Assembly (NCBI GenBank): GCA_023379935.1
Contig: JAMCPD010000017.1
Location: forward strand, 67,420 to 131,419
Direction: 5' to 3'
Origin: Actinomycetota bacterium
Lineage (GTDB): Bacteria; Actinomycetota; Acidimicrobiia; Acidimicrobiales; JAMCPD01
Length of the DNA stretch: 64,000 nt
A program made the translations under genes and the position numbers. The notes under the pieces are model-generated. The model saw only the letters and a program-made list of their open reading frames with translations. It was not told the DNA's origin and made no database searches. Below, one piece after another: positions 9,334-20,000 of this stretch. Numbering within the stretch: the stretch's first letter is position 1; each line of letters starts with the position of its first letter.

Positions 9334-9837
9334 TTACTGATCCTTACGTATTTCAAGGCGATAAACATTTGTATCACGTATAACAAACCCCAAAGAACTG
9401 TATAGGTGGTTTGCCGCTTGTCGGCTTGGCCTGGATGTGAGATCAATGTTTATTGCTCCAGAGGCTGCGGCCTTTGATATTGCCTCTTTGACCAGTAGCC
9501 TGCCCACATTGTTGCCTCTTTCCTGTTGGTCAACTACAACATCTTCTATCCAAGCCCTGATTCCTGTTGGCAGCCTGAGTATTACCAGTGTGAGCATGCC
9601 AACGATACGTTTTGTTTTGGTGCCGAAAGTATGTTCGATACGGGTTGTATCATTACACTTTCTTGCCACTAAGAGAGTTGTGGTTGGGGATGATACAATC
9701 TCTTCCAACTCTTTTAATGTGGTTGAGTTTGGAGAAGACGACAACTGAGCCTTCAGCCTTATTACTGCTTCTTGTAGGTCTAAAGTTACCTGTTTAACCT
9801 CTTCCAATTCGACAGTTGTTTTACCGTTTTCATTCAC
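9334..9837 (-). CDS. GNAT-family N-acetyltransferase
   Basis: Acetyl-CoA binding motif VVVDQQERGNNVGRLLV and a C-terminal YSSLGF. It has an N-terminal extension of about 60 aa. Confidence 0.75.
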   Translation of the reverse strand: MNENGKTTVELEEVKQVTLDLQEAVIRLKAQLSSSPNSTTLKELEEIVSSPTTTLLVARKCNDTTRIEHTFGTKTKRIVGMLTLVILRLPTGIRAWIEDVVVDQQERGNNVGRLLVKEAISKAAASGAINIDLTSRPSRQAANHLYSSLGFVIRDTNVYRLEIRKDQ

Positions 9838-9856
9838 GACTAAACTTATAGTTTAC

Positions 9857-10672
9857 ATGCAATACGACAAGATGAACTTTATAGTTGCCAATTATGATCA
9901 ATCGGGTATATTCCTTGATTATGATGGAACCCTGGCTCATATAGCTGACTATCCAATGCTTGCACTACCGGTTGCCGGCGTGAATGAGGTCATAACGAAG
10001 TTGGCCTTATCTTACGCGAAAGTTGCGCTAATCTCTGGAAGACCGGTGGATTTTCTTTTGGAAAAGTTCCCCGTCCATTTTCCCCTTGAGACGGAAGAAA
10101 CCAAAATGGGTAAATCGCGTACCTTACAGCTATACGGTATGTACGGAATTCAAGAAGTGGCTCGTGACGGAAGCATAGTTGTACACTCTCATCCCCAACT
10201 TTTACATTGGCAAAGTGTGGTTGAAAAAGCTAGGTTGCAAGCGATTGATGAACTCCCAAAAGATATATATGTTGAGCCCAAACAGCTGTCCTTTACACTT
10301 CATTGGCGTAGAAAGCCTGAACTTGCTGATCAAGTCGCTTCTTTCGCAAAACGCGTATCAATACAGTTCGCACTTGAAGTTCTTCCGGCACGCATGGCCA
10401 TAGAGCTTAGAGCACCGCTGGGTATTGACAAGGGAACTATTGTGGCGAAGATAGCACAACATCTAAAAGCAGTGGCATATTTTGGGGATGATCAAGCTGA
10501 TCTGCCTGCTTTTGATACCCTTGATAAATTGGCAAAAGAGGGTATTGTTACCGTAAAGATAACAGCTGCCAGTAATGAAACTCCTAAGGTGTTACTTGAA
10601 AGCGCTGATATAGTCGTACAAGGACCAAATGGGGTATTGGAACTGCTGAAACAGCTGGAGCCATCGCTTTAA
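9857..10672 (+). CDS. otsB: trehalose-6-phosphate phosphatase
   Basis: HAD motif I FLDYDGTL and a late GDDQADLPAF motif, with OtsB-like length and order. The start could instead be the second ATG at 9872. Confidence 0.8.
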   Translation: MQYDKMNFIVANYDQSGIFLDYDGTLAHIADYPMLALPVAGVNEVITKLALSYAKVALISGRPVDFLLEKFPVHFPLETEETKMGKSRTLQLYGMYGIQEVARDGSIVVHSHPQLLHWQSVVEKARLQAIDELPKDIYVEPKQLSFTLHWRRKPELADQVASFAKRVSIQFALEVLPARMAIELRAPLGIDKGTIVAKIAQHLKAVAYFGDDQADLPAFDTLDKLAKEGIVTVKITAASNETPKVLLESADIVVQGPNGVLELLKQLEPSL

Positions 10673-10710
10673 GCTCCCATCGCTTATGAGATGTGTAAAC
10701 CGTCTTATCA

Positions 10711-13700
10711 TCAGGTGCCGATGAGAACATTGCCCGCGGTATCTGTCGCCACACAAAAGTTCTGAGATGGACACGATACGGAGGTAAGAGTGTTGGTACC
10801 GTCGATGTTTGTGGCAGCCGAGAAGGTTGTTCCATTCCAAACAGTTCCAGCACCGGCGCTGCTGAGGGAACCAACTGCCACACAGAAACTTGACGATATA
10901 CAGGATATACCGTCAATATAACCAACACCAGTGTTTGTGTTTTGAGTCCAGCTCGTGCCGTTATAAACAAAGACATAGCCGTTGTCATCCCCTGCCACAC
11001 AGAAGCTGGACGAGGTACACGACACAGTATTGAGACTGGGGTCAGTGTTGGTGTCTATACTTGTAGGAGCACTCCAAGAACTGCCATTATAGGTATATCC
11101 GTTACCGGAATAGTCAACACCTGCGCAGAAGCTGGATGAGGTACACGACACTGAGGTGGGTCCGCCGGTGATTGGAGCCGACCAGGTACCACTGTTGTAG
11201 GTAAAAGCTTTACCCGCGGTATCTGTCGCCATACAGAAACTGGAGGAAGGACATGAAACAGAGGTGAGCCCATTGGTGCCGTCAATGTTTGTAGCGGCGG
11301 ACCAGCTTGTCCCGTTGAAGGAAAAAACATTGCCGACGTTGTCTGTTGCCATACAGAAACTGGAGGAAGGACACGAAACAGAGGTGAGCCCATTGGTGGC
11401 GTCAATGTTTGTAGCGGCGGACCAGCTTGTCCCGTTGTAGCTCAACACATTACCCGCGGTATCTGTCGCCATACAAAAACTGGAGGAAGGACATGAAACA
11501 GAGGTGAGCCCATTGGTGGCGTCAATGTTTGTAGCGGCGGACCAGGTAATCGCAGTGCCACTACTGGCAGTTATTGTGATTGATAACGAGGCGGTTGCGG
11601 TTTTTCCGGCAGAATCTGTAACTGTGACACCAAATGATGCGGCGGTGGCGGTGGATGGTGTTCCGCTTATTACCCCGGTTGAAGAAGCAAGGCTGAGTCC
11701 GGAAGGCAATGCTCCAGAACTTATGGACCAAGTATAAGGAGATGTACCACCGGTTGCCGAAAGCGTAGCGGAATAGGACTGACCAACGGTACCGCCCGGC
11801 AAAGCGGTTGTCGTTATACTAAGTGATGGAGAAGAGCCGGAAGATTGACCGATAAGGACATTACCCGCGTTATCTACTGCCGCGCAAAAACTTGTTGAGG
11901 GACACGATACAGATTCAAGGGTATAAGAGCCGTCAATGTTTTGAGGTGCGGACCAGGTTGTTCCGTTGAAGCTCAATGCATTTCCCGCGTTGTCTGTCGC
12001 CACGCAGAAACTGGAAGAGGGACACGAAAGCGAATAGAGTTGGTTGGTGCCGTCAATGTTTTTAGGTGTCGTCCAGCTCGTGCCGTTGAAGCTCAACACA
12101 TTGCCGACGTTGTCTGTTGCCACACAGAAACTGGAGGAAGGACACGATACAGAAAAAAGTCCGTTGGTGCTGTCAATATTCGTGGGAGATGACCAGCTTG
12201 TCCCGTTGTAGCTCAACACATTGCCGACGTTGTCTGTTGCCACACAGAAACTTGTTGATGAGCATGACACAGAGATAAGTCCGTTGGTACCGTCAATATT
12301 CGTGGGAGATGACCAGGTTGTTCCGTTGAAGGAAAAAACATTGCCGACGTTGTCTGTCGCCTCACAGAAACTGGAAGAGGGACAGGAAACAGAGTTAAGT
12401 CCGTTGGTGCCGTCAATATTCGTGGGAGATGACCAGGTTGTTCCGTTGAAGGAAAAAACATTGCCGACGTTGTCTGTCGCCTCACAGAAACTGGAAGAGG
12501 GACAGGAAACAGAGATAAGAGCGTTGGTGCCGTCAATGTTTGTAGCGGCGGACCAGCTCGTGCCGTTGTAGACAAGGGCATCACCTCCACTGCCCACTGC
12601 CTCACAAAAGCTTGTTGTGGGACATGACACAGAAAAAAGTCCGTTGGTCCCGTCAATGTTTGTAGCGGCGGACCAGGTAATCGCAGTGCCACTACTGGCA
12701 GTTATTGTGATTGATAACGAGGCGGTTGCGGTTTTTCCGGCAGAATCTGTAACTGTTACACCAAATGATGCGGCGGTGGCGGTGGATGGTGTTCCGCTTA
12801 TTACCCCGGTTGAAGAAGCAAGGCTGAGTCCGGAAGGCAACGTTCCAGAACTTATGGACCAAGTATAAGGAGATGTACCACCGGTTGCCGAAAGCGTAGC
12901 GGAATAGGACTGACCAACGGTACCGCCCGGCAAAGCGGTTGTCGTTATACTAAGTGATGGAGAAGAGCCGCTTAAAGTTGTATAGTAGCCCTCCACGTCA
13001 ATTACAACATTGACGCTTCCACTGAAGTTGTACACCTCTATATCACCGGCGGCAGATCCCGAGGTTGGCAGCCCCACTTGAACCAGGTTCGGTATGTTTT
13101 CGCCTGTTACAAAGTTCAAGTTGGAAGAGGCTTTACATGAGCTTATAGCCTCTCCGCCCGGACAGACGGAGAGATAACTTGGGGTACTTGCCCCAACTGC
13201 CGTAACGTTTAGAACAACAGCCGTTGCTCCTTTTGGAACCGGGGTTTCATTTGGAGCTAGATAAGGACTTTGATAGCCCGCAACTGCCACTGAGATATCC
13301 CCTGAAGCTCCAATGGGCGAAGCGCCACCTGTATCACACTGGTTCTTTAGTATGGTGGTTGAGTTGGCTGCCCTGGTATCACAGATGCGATAGGGGGAAG
13401 AAAGAGAGTTGAAGGATCCTTCTCCTTCGGTTGAAACTTGGGCAATGTAGCCCTCCACGTCAATTACAACATTGACGCTTCCACTGAAGTTGTACACCTC
13501 TATATCACCGGCGGCAGATCCCGAGGTTGGCAGCCCCACTTGAACCAGGTTCGGTATGTTTTCGCCTGTTACAAAGTTCAAGTTGGAAGAGGCTTTACAT
13601 GAGCTTATAGCCTCTCCGCCCGGACAGACGGAGAGATAACTTGGGGTACTTGCCCCAACTGCCGTAACGTTTAGAACAACAGCCGTTGCTCCTTTTGGAA

Positions 13701-16700
13701 CCGGGGTTTCATTTGGAGCTAGATAAGGACTTTGATAGCCCGCAACTGCCACTGAGATATCCCCTGAAGCTCCAATGGGCGAAGCGCCACCTGTATCACA
13801 CTGGTTCTTTAGTATGGTGGTTGAGTTGGCTGCCCTGGTATCACAGATGCGATAGGGGGATAAAGGCGTATAGCCGGTTGGAGCTATATAGGTAAAGTTC
13901 TCCCCGTTTGAAGTGCCACCGCCGGTTGTAACTGTCACTGAAACCGTGCCGGTGCCCGGGGGAGAAACGGCGGTGCATGAAGTGGAAGATGAACAGGTAA
14001 CAGATGTTGCTTGTCCCGATCCAAAGTCAACGGTTGTCATGTTTGTTGTGGTCAAAAATCCGGAGCCGGTTAGGGTTACGGTAGTTCCGCCTAAGGTGGA
14101 CCCGACGGTTGGTGAGATGGAAGACAAGGCTGGTTTGGTTGTGACTTTCGGACACAAAGCTCCGGGTGCAAAGATTGCCGCTGTTGGGCTTCCAAGTCCG
14201 CTTGCCATATCGTAGCCGGTGGTAGCAGGGTAAAGCCCATTATTTGTTCCTGTTATGTCGTTGTTCCCGGAGGTAATGTCTGTTAGATCGCTTGGGTGCG
14301 TGTAAAGTGCCGGGTTTGCAAACCCCGTAGGGCTTGAGCACCCTTCATTCGTGAGTGCTATGACAGAAGCCCATAGCGGAGCCGCTAGACTTGTACCGCC
14401 GACGCTAGTCCATCCCCCCTGATTTTGTTCATAAATTGTATAGCCGTGTAGAGAATTGGCTGATGCCGATACATCTGGAACCTCCCTGCAGTAGCTACCA
14501 GTCGGCGCTCCACAGGATGTACTGTTCGAGTACTGGTTTATCACACCGGTGCCGGTTTGCCATTTTGGCATCTGCCAGAATGTTGAAATACCTCCGCCGC
14601 CTCCGCCGGGTTTTATCCCATTTGTTCCGTTCCCGTTGTTCCAGACTGACTGGGTTGGGGGCGGTCCGATAGCGGTAAGGCTTGTTCCTCCGACACCCGT
14701 AACATATGGCTGTGAGGCCGGATCATCTACAGCTAATAACTCATTGCTTTGTATGTTGCCCACTGCTGCGTTTGTAATTGGGACAGATACTCCCATGCCA
14801 TTATTGGTGTTGCCTACTCCATAGCAGATAGTTGAGTTTACACATGCAATGCCTTCAACATTGATAGTTTGAGGTACTTGAACTGTAGTTCCAATTGTAC
14901 TGTTTGTAATTGGAACAACTACGCCTATAGTGCTTCCAGTGTTCTGTAAATACTGTCCAACCGTATAGCAGGTAGTTGAGCTTGAACAAGCAATTCCCCA
15001 CAGGTCAGAGGTTCCCGATACGCCTCCGGGAGTACCTACAGTTCCGTTTGTAATTACCACACCGGCGCCAATACCAGTACCGTTTAGATCGCCGAGTCCG
15101 ACCGCATAGCAGGTAGTTGAGCTTGGACAAGCAATCCCATCAAGCTGTATGAGATTTGGAATTACGGTTGGGGTTCCAATTGTACTGTTTGTAATTGGGA
15201 CTACAACCGCCTCACCAGAGTTGTTGTCTCCAACCGCATAACAGGTAGTCGAAGTCGGACAAGCAATTCCAAGCAACCAAGAGGTTCCCGATACCGTAAC
15301 AGGAGTACCAGGGGTTCCGTTTGTAACCGGTACAATAGTGCCTATATTAGTTGCTCCCAGTACCCCGGCGTATCCGACCGCATAACAGGTAGTTGAAGTC
15401 GGAAGGCAGGCAATGTCGTTCAATCCCGAAGTTGACGATATTGCCGATGATGTTCCTATGCTACCATTCGTATCAGAAACAAAGAATCCCTCGCCGTTAG
15501 CACCATCACCAACCGCATAACAGGTGGTCGAAGTGGGACAAACAACGCCATAAAGGTCTGCAGCGGCGGAAAGCGTAGCGGTAGTTCCCGGGATACCATT
15601 TTGGAGGAGAACATATGCTCCGGCTGTATTGCTATTCTGATCACCTACCGCAACACAGTCAGTGGGGTTCGTAGAGCTTGAGCAAAAAATACCAAAAAGA
15701 TAAGGGGTTGTATTGCCGGCCCAGCAGTCTTCAGAGCCGGAATCACCGCTAGCAGCCAACATGGACTGCCCCTGAGTCGCCATCTGCTCAAAGATTGTGT
15801 TCTCTGCTTTGATGATACTTGAATTATTCAATGGTTCACAACCCCCCCAGCTTGTGGAAACTACTTGTGCGTTATCGGCGGTAGCGATAGTGTTGTAGGT
15901 ATCTATTTGTCCCTGTCCGGTGTTGGGTCCTACATAAACAGTGATGTTTGCATCAGGGGCAAGACCTGCTATGTCCTCAATATCGCTGGTGGTTTCCATT
16001 GATCCACTTGTTGTGCCGTTGACGGCAGCTCCATCTACGGACACGTTTTTTATTGTTGGAGATATCCCATAGCAGCTATCATAAGTTGAAATGTCACTTG
16101 TCTGATAGGGTGCCAGTTCATAGAGTGCAATCGTCTCACCTGTGCCAAATCTACTATTTGCGTAAGCTCCAGTTGTAAACCCATACGCTTGGGCAAGCTG
16201 ATTGGCCGTATAAGAGCCGTTTTGAGTTGCCGCTGATGTTGCTGAACTACAAGGTGTAGGCGCGGTCGTTACATTAGCTTTCAGACGCGAAACAGTATGT
16301 GGGGACAGGTTGTTTTTTGGTTTTGCGGCCGGCGACTTGACAATGAGCGGCTTGGCTAAATCAACTGAGGATAAACCGACTATTGCCGTTATATATGGAG
16401 CAATAGTCTCAGGAACACGTGCCGGAGTGGTATTTGCATATGCTATCCGGCCAGAGGGAAGGCGGAAACGATTGAGAGAAGTGTGAAAAGCATGTTCTGC
16501 ATTGGCTGTGATTGTGGTAAGCGGAATTATAAGCCGGTTTGCCGAGAGCTTGCCTATATCAAGCCCTTCGGAACTAACAGTATGTTCCACCGCTAAAATG
16601 GTTGACCGTGAAGGTCCAAACTCCAAAGCAAACTGCCCTCGTTTTAAGAAGTGGTGATATTTGGGTGATGAGGGTTGATAAAGCGCAGAGAGAAAGCTGT

Positions 16701-17025
16701 TTAGGGCTGACCGGTGGCGAGGTGCAAGAACAACATCAAGGTGGAGGGGTGTATTTTTCGGAAGAGCTCCAAGACTGCGTGTACCGGGTGGAAGTGGTTG
16801 CGCATGTCCAATCGACACCAATGTATGTTGAGCTAAAGACCGGCTGACAAAAAGACTAGAAGGAGTTTTTATGATAATACCACCTTGAGTAGGGTCATTA
16901 CCGTGATTGTTGGCAATACCGTTGCCGACAATACTTCCCATAGCGCCTACGATCGCGAATAAAGCCAAGAATATGGTCAAGAAAACGCCTAAAGCATGTT
17001 TAAGACTAGATATTACAACTTTCAA
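10711..17025 (-). CDS. 2104-aa secreted/anchored mosaic protein: sedolisin (S53) protease with inserted propeller, IPT, 2 PYRICDTR domains, 2 (He_PIG + 7-blade) modules
   Basis: TTG start 8 nt after AAGGAGG and 15 nt after the upstream stop. Order of parts: N-terminal TM anchor; pro-kumamolisin-like prodomain; S53 motifs AASGDSGS and VGGTSLAAPLWA; 7 Cys-pair blades (CPTSTTCYAVGD type) between those two motifs; an IPT/TIG domain; two identical 154-aa PYRICDTR domains; then two He_PIG Ig domains (GQSYSATLSATGGTSPYTWS), each followed by 7 blades (SVSCPSSSFCxATD). Confidence 0.85.
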   Translation of the reverse strand: MKVVISSLKHALGVFLTIFLALFAIVGAMGSIVGNGIANNHGNDPTQGGIIIKTPSSLFVSRSLAQHTLVSIGHAQPLPPGTRSLGALPKNTPLHLDVVLAPRHRSALNSFLSALYQPSSPKYHHFLKRGQFALEFGPSRSTILAVEHTVSSEGLDIGKLSANRLIIPLTTITANAEHAFHTSLNRFRLPSGRIAYANTTPARVPETIAPYITAIVGLSSVDLAKPLIVKSPAAKPKNNLSPHTVSRLKANVTTAPTPCSSATSAATQNGSYTANQLAQAYGFTTGAYANSRFGTGETIALYELAPYQTSDISTYDSCYGISPTIKNVSVDGAAVNGTTSGSMETTSDIEDIAGLAPDANITVYVGPNTGQGQIDTYNTIATADNAQVVSTSWGGCEPLNNSSIIKAENTIFEQMATQGQSMLAASGDSGSEDCWAGNTTPYLFGIFCSSSTNPTDCVAVGDQNSNTAGAYVLLQNGIPGTTATLSAAADLYGVVCPTSTTCYAVGDGANGEGFFVSDTNGSIGTSSAISSTSGLNDIACLPTSTTCYAVGYAGVLGATNIGTIVPVTNGTPGTPVTVSGTSWLLGIACPTSTTCYAVGDNNSGEAVVVPITNSTIGTPTVIPNLIQLDGIACPSSTTCYAVGLGDLNGTGIGAGVVITNGTVGTPGGVSGTSDLWGIACSSSTTCYTVGQYLQNTGSTIGVVVPITNSTIGTTVQVPQTINVEGIACVNSTICYGVGNTNNGMGVSVPITNAAVGNIQSNELLAVDDPASQPYVTGVGGTSLTAIGPPPTQSVWNNGNGTNGIKPGGGGGGISTFWQMPKWQTGTGVINQYSNSTSCGAPTGSYCREVPDVSASANSLHGYTIYEQNQGGWTSVGGTSLAAPLWASVIALTNEGCSSPTGFANPALYTHPSDLTDITSGNNDITGTNNGLYPATTGYDMASGLGSPTAAIFAPGALCPKVTTKPALSSISPTVGSTLGGTTVTLTGSGFLTTTNMTTVDFGSGQATSVTCSSSTSCTAVSPPGTGTVSVTVTTGGGTSNGENFTYIAPTGYTPLSPYRICDTRAANSTTILKNQCDTGGASPIGASGDISVAVAGYQSPYLAPNETPVPKGATAVVLNVTAVGASTPSYLSVCPGGEAISSCKASSNLNFVTGENIPNLVQVGLPTSGSAAGDIEVYNFSGSVNVVIDVEGYIAQVSTEGEGSFNSLSSPYRICDTRAANSTTILKNQCDTGGASPIGASGDISVAVAGYQSPYLAPNETPVPKGATAVVLNVTAVGASTPSYLSVCPGGEAISSCKASSNLNFVTGENIPNLVQVGLPTSGSAAGDIEVYNFSGSVNVVIDVEGYYTTLSGSSPSLSITTTALPGGTVGQSYSATLSATGGTSPYTWSISSGTLPSGLSLASSTGVISGTPSTATAASFGVTVTDSAGKTATASLSITITASSGTAITWSAATNIDGTNGLFSVSCPTTSFCEAVGSGGDALVYNGTSWSAATNIDGTNALISVSCPSSSFCEATDNVGNVFSFNGTTWSSPTNIDGTNGLNSVSCPSSSFCEATDNVGNVFSFNGTTWSSPTNIDGTNGLISVSCSSTSFCVATDNVGNVLSYNGTSWSSPTNIDSTNGLFSVSCPSSSFCVATDNVGNVLSFNGTSWTTPKNIDGTNQLYSLSCPSSSFCVATDNAGNALSFNGTTWSAPQNIDGSYTLESVSCPSTSFCAAVDNAGNVLIGQSSGSSPSLSITTTALPGGTVGQSYSATLSATGGTSPYTWSISSGALPSGLSLASSTGVISGTPSTATAASFGVTVTDSAGKTATASLSITITASSGTAITWSAATNIDATNGLTSVSCPSSSFCMATDTAGNVLSYNGTSWSAATNIDATNGLTSVSCPSSSFCMATDNVGNVFSFNGTSWSAATNIDGTNGLTSVSCPSSSFCMATDTAGKAFTYNSGTWSAPITGGPTSVSCTSSSFCAGVDYSGNGYTYNGSSWSAPTSIDTNTDPSLNTVSCTSSSFCVAGDDNGYVFVYNGTSWTQNTNTGVGYIDGISCISSSFCVAVGSLSSAGAGTVWNGTTFSAATNIDGTNTLTSVSCPSQNFCVATDTAGNVLIGT
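11520..12968 (-). repeat. dispersed intragenic repeat: ~318 bp at 11520-11837 nearly identical to 12651-12968 (offset 1131 bp)
   Basis: Both copies encode the He_PIG Ig module plus the first blade boundary. The shadow ORFs 11504-11737 and 12617-12868 have the same translation apart from one residue. Confidence 0.85.
12985..13864 (-). repeat. 462-bp tandem duplication, ~418 bp of each unit identical
   Basis: 12985-13402 matches 13447-13864 base for base as far as I can read. The shadow ORFs 13224-13412 and 13686-13895 translate identically, at an offset of 462. Each unit encodes one PYRICDTR domain. Confidence 0.9.
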
Positions 17026-17040
17026 AAAATAAACCTCCTT

Positions 17041-20000
17041 TTAGCTATACCAACCGGTTACATCCACAACAACATTTACAGAACCTTGATACAGTCCTAT
17101 GCTTATCTTACCAGAAGCAGACAGTTTAACTGTAACAGAGTTTGCAACTGTTAGACCCGGCGAAAAGTTTAGGTTTGAAACTACTGGCTGAGCAGTACCT
17201 TCGGGCCAAACAGTTAGATAGGCATCAGCGGTTGGATTTACCGCTGTTACGTTCAGTACTACAGCTTTGGCATTAGAAGGAATAGGTCCCATACCGGCTA
17301 GACTAAGGGTAAGGAAGACAGAAGAGGAAAGCGGAGTGCTAGAACATCCGGTGGCATAACCAACTGATGATACTGTTCTTGTATCACATGCTCTATAAGG
17401 GGTAGTTCCAACAAAACTGATTCCGGTTGTCGAAGAAGAAAAGTATCCCATCACGTCAACAGCCACATCTGTAGTGCCACTAAAGTTATAGATTGAGATG
17501 TCACCGTTTTGTGGTAGCGGTACTATAACAACATTTGGGACGGTTTGATTTGGTGCAAAGTTCAGGTTTGACGCAGTTGGTTGGGTGGCACCCTCTGGCC
17601 AAACTGTCAGATAACCCGGTTCAGTAGGAGAAATAGCTGTTACGTTTAGTACTGCGGCCACAGCAGTTGTCGGAACTCCTCCTGAAGTCGGACAAGTTGA
17701 TAGGCTGCATGGATTTGTTCCCCCAACCTCTACATTTAATATTTTACTTGGACCCAAGGTTTTCCCTTCACATTGGCTCAAGTCGTAACCGGACAGCTTA
17801 GATGGATTATTGCTTCTTGTGTCACATACTCTGTATGGAGTAATCGGGGAAAAGACAGTTCCGCCGGAGGCCGGCCCGTAGTATCCCTCAACGTCAACCA
17901 CAACATCTGATGAAGCGTAAGAGTATATGGAGATACATCCCGTACAGGAGGTGGTAGTGCCGAGTGCAACCTCTGTCAGATTTGGAACGGTTTGTCCGGA
18001 TGTGTAGTTGAGTGAAGAAGCAGTCGGTTTAACTTCTCCAGCAGGCCAAACAGTAAGATAGCCCGGCCCGGTCGGATCCACTGCCGTTATGTTCAGCACA
18101 ACAGAAGTAGCATTGGACGGCACATATGACTCTCCTGAACCAAGATATGGGCTTTTATAACCCGAAACTTGTATTTGCATGGTTTGTCCGCCACCAAGCG
18201 GAGACGGACCGTTTACATTACACTGATTCTTCAGTATTGAGCTTCCCTGAGGTGTTCTTGTATCACATATTCGATAGGGAACAAGGGGATAGTAGTTTGT
18301 GCCGACTTGAGGCGTAGAAGAAAGATAGGTATATGCCGTCCAGTCAGAGGTTGCACCTGAAACAGTAACACTGACATCTACCGTATCGGGCAAGGTTGCT
18401 CCGCTTGGAGCAGGCGGCACGATAGCGGTGCAGGAGGAAGTAGTAGAACAAGAAACAGACGTTGCGGGAGTAGATCCAAACAAAACGGTTGTACTGCCAG
18501 GGGCGGTTGAAAAGTTCGTACCGGCTAGGGTTACGGTATTACCACCTGAGGCAGGTCCTTGAGAAGGCGAGATAGAGGTTAAGGTTGGTGGCGGTAATAA
18601 AACAGTTGAATAAAGGGTCAGGCCGACATTGTCGGCACCAAGTGTAAAACACTCGCTAACAGTTTGGACGCATGTTGTGTCAGTGCTGTCTACAGGTTCG
18701 AGATAGTTGACAGCTAGTGGCTGCCAGAATGGGGCATCTAATGTTAAGCTGTTCTGTATTGTACAAGCCCCAACTGATAAACACATAATTTTACCTGTTG
18801 AGTTAACTCCTCCGGTAGGCTGATTTGTCCAGGAAGTGCCGTTCCAGAAAAGTACACCTCCGCTGGAACCACTATATGTCCCTGGGGTAGCAAAACAGTA
18901 AGAAGATGAGATGCACAGCACATCATCTATTCCTTCGGGGTTCAAGGAGTCAAAGGAGGAAGGCAGAGTATCGGTTGTCCATCCTGAACCATTGTAAGAA
19001 AGTATAACAGGAGTTGTAGATGTCCCTGCTTTACAGAAGGTAGTCGATACGCACGATATAGTGGAGATGGGGGATATTCCCGAACTAAGGGTTTGTGTAG
19101 TCCATGCAGTACCGTTCCAAGATAACGCAATGGCGGAGGAAGAGGGGCTCCCTCCCACAGCTTCACAGAAGGTTTGAGACACACATGAGATTGCCTCAAG
19201 CGGTGCCACTGTGGATGGGAGAGTCTCGATTGTCCAATTTTTGCCGTTCCAGGACAGAGCAATACCATTAGTTTGAGTTTGTGTAACAGTGCCAATTGCT
19301 GTAACAGTGGTGGTGTAATAAGATCCCACAGCTTCACAGAAGGTCTGAGACACGCATGTAAGCGCATCAATTTCATAAGGTCCTGAGTTAGATGAGGGGA
19401 AAAGGGTTTGATTTGTCCAGGAAGTGCCGTTCCAGGACACAGAGGCTTCGACAATACCAAGAGGGGTATCGCCCGTCCCCAACGCCAGACAAAAGCTTGA
19501 AGAAACACAGGAGATTCTATAAGAACCGCTTATGGCAAAGGGAGGAGTCACACTTGACCAAGCGGTACCGTTGTAAGGGAATATAGCAGCGGTAACATCT
19601 CCGCTGTTTGGAACCGTTATAGCACCTGAAGCCAGGCATGATGAGACAGAAGCGCACCATATGCCACTGAGTGTCCATGTATTGGCTGGGATAGTCTCTG
19701 TGCTCCAGGTTGTACCATTCCAGAAATCCGCATTAGCTCCCACAGCTTGGCAATATGACTCCGAGCTGCACCAAATACTGTTTGTACCCAAAAAACCGGA
19801 GGGAAGAGTTTCATTCGACCAGCTCGTACCGTTATACAGGTATGAAAGAGGACCATTCGGATTGCTGGTTCCATTGTGATAGGAGCCGACAGCCTGGCAG
19901 AAGGTTGGGGAGGTGCATGAAATTGACCTGATAATACTTCCCGTTTCAACAAAAGGTATAGCTTCGGATGCCCAGTTAGTGCCGTTATATCCATATGCAA

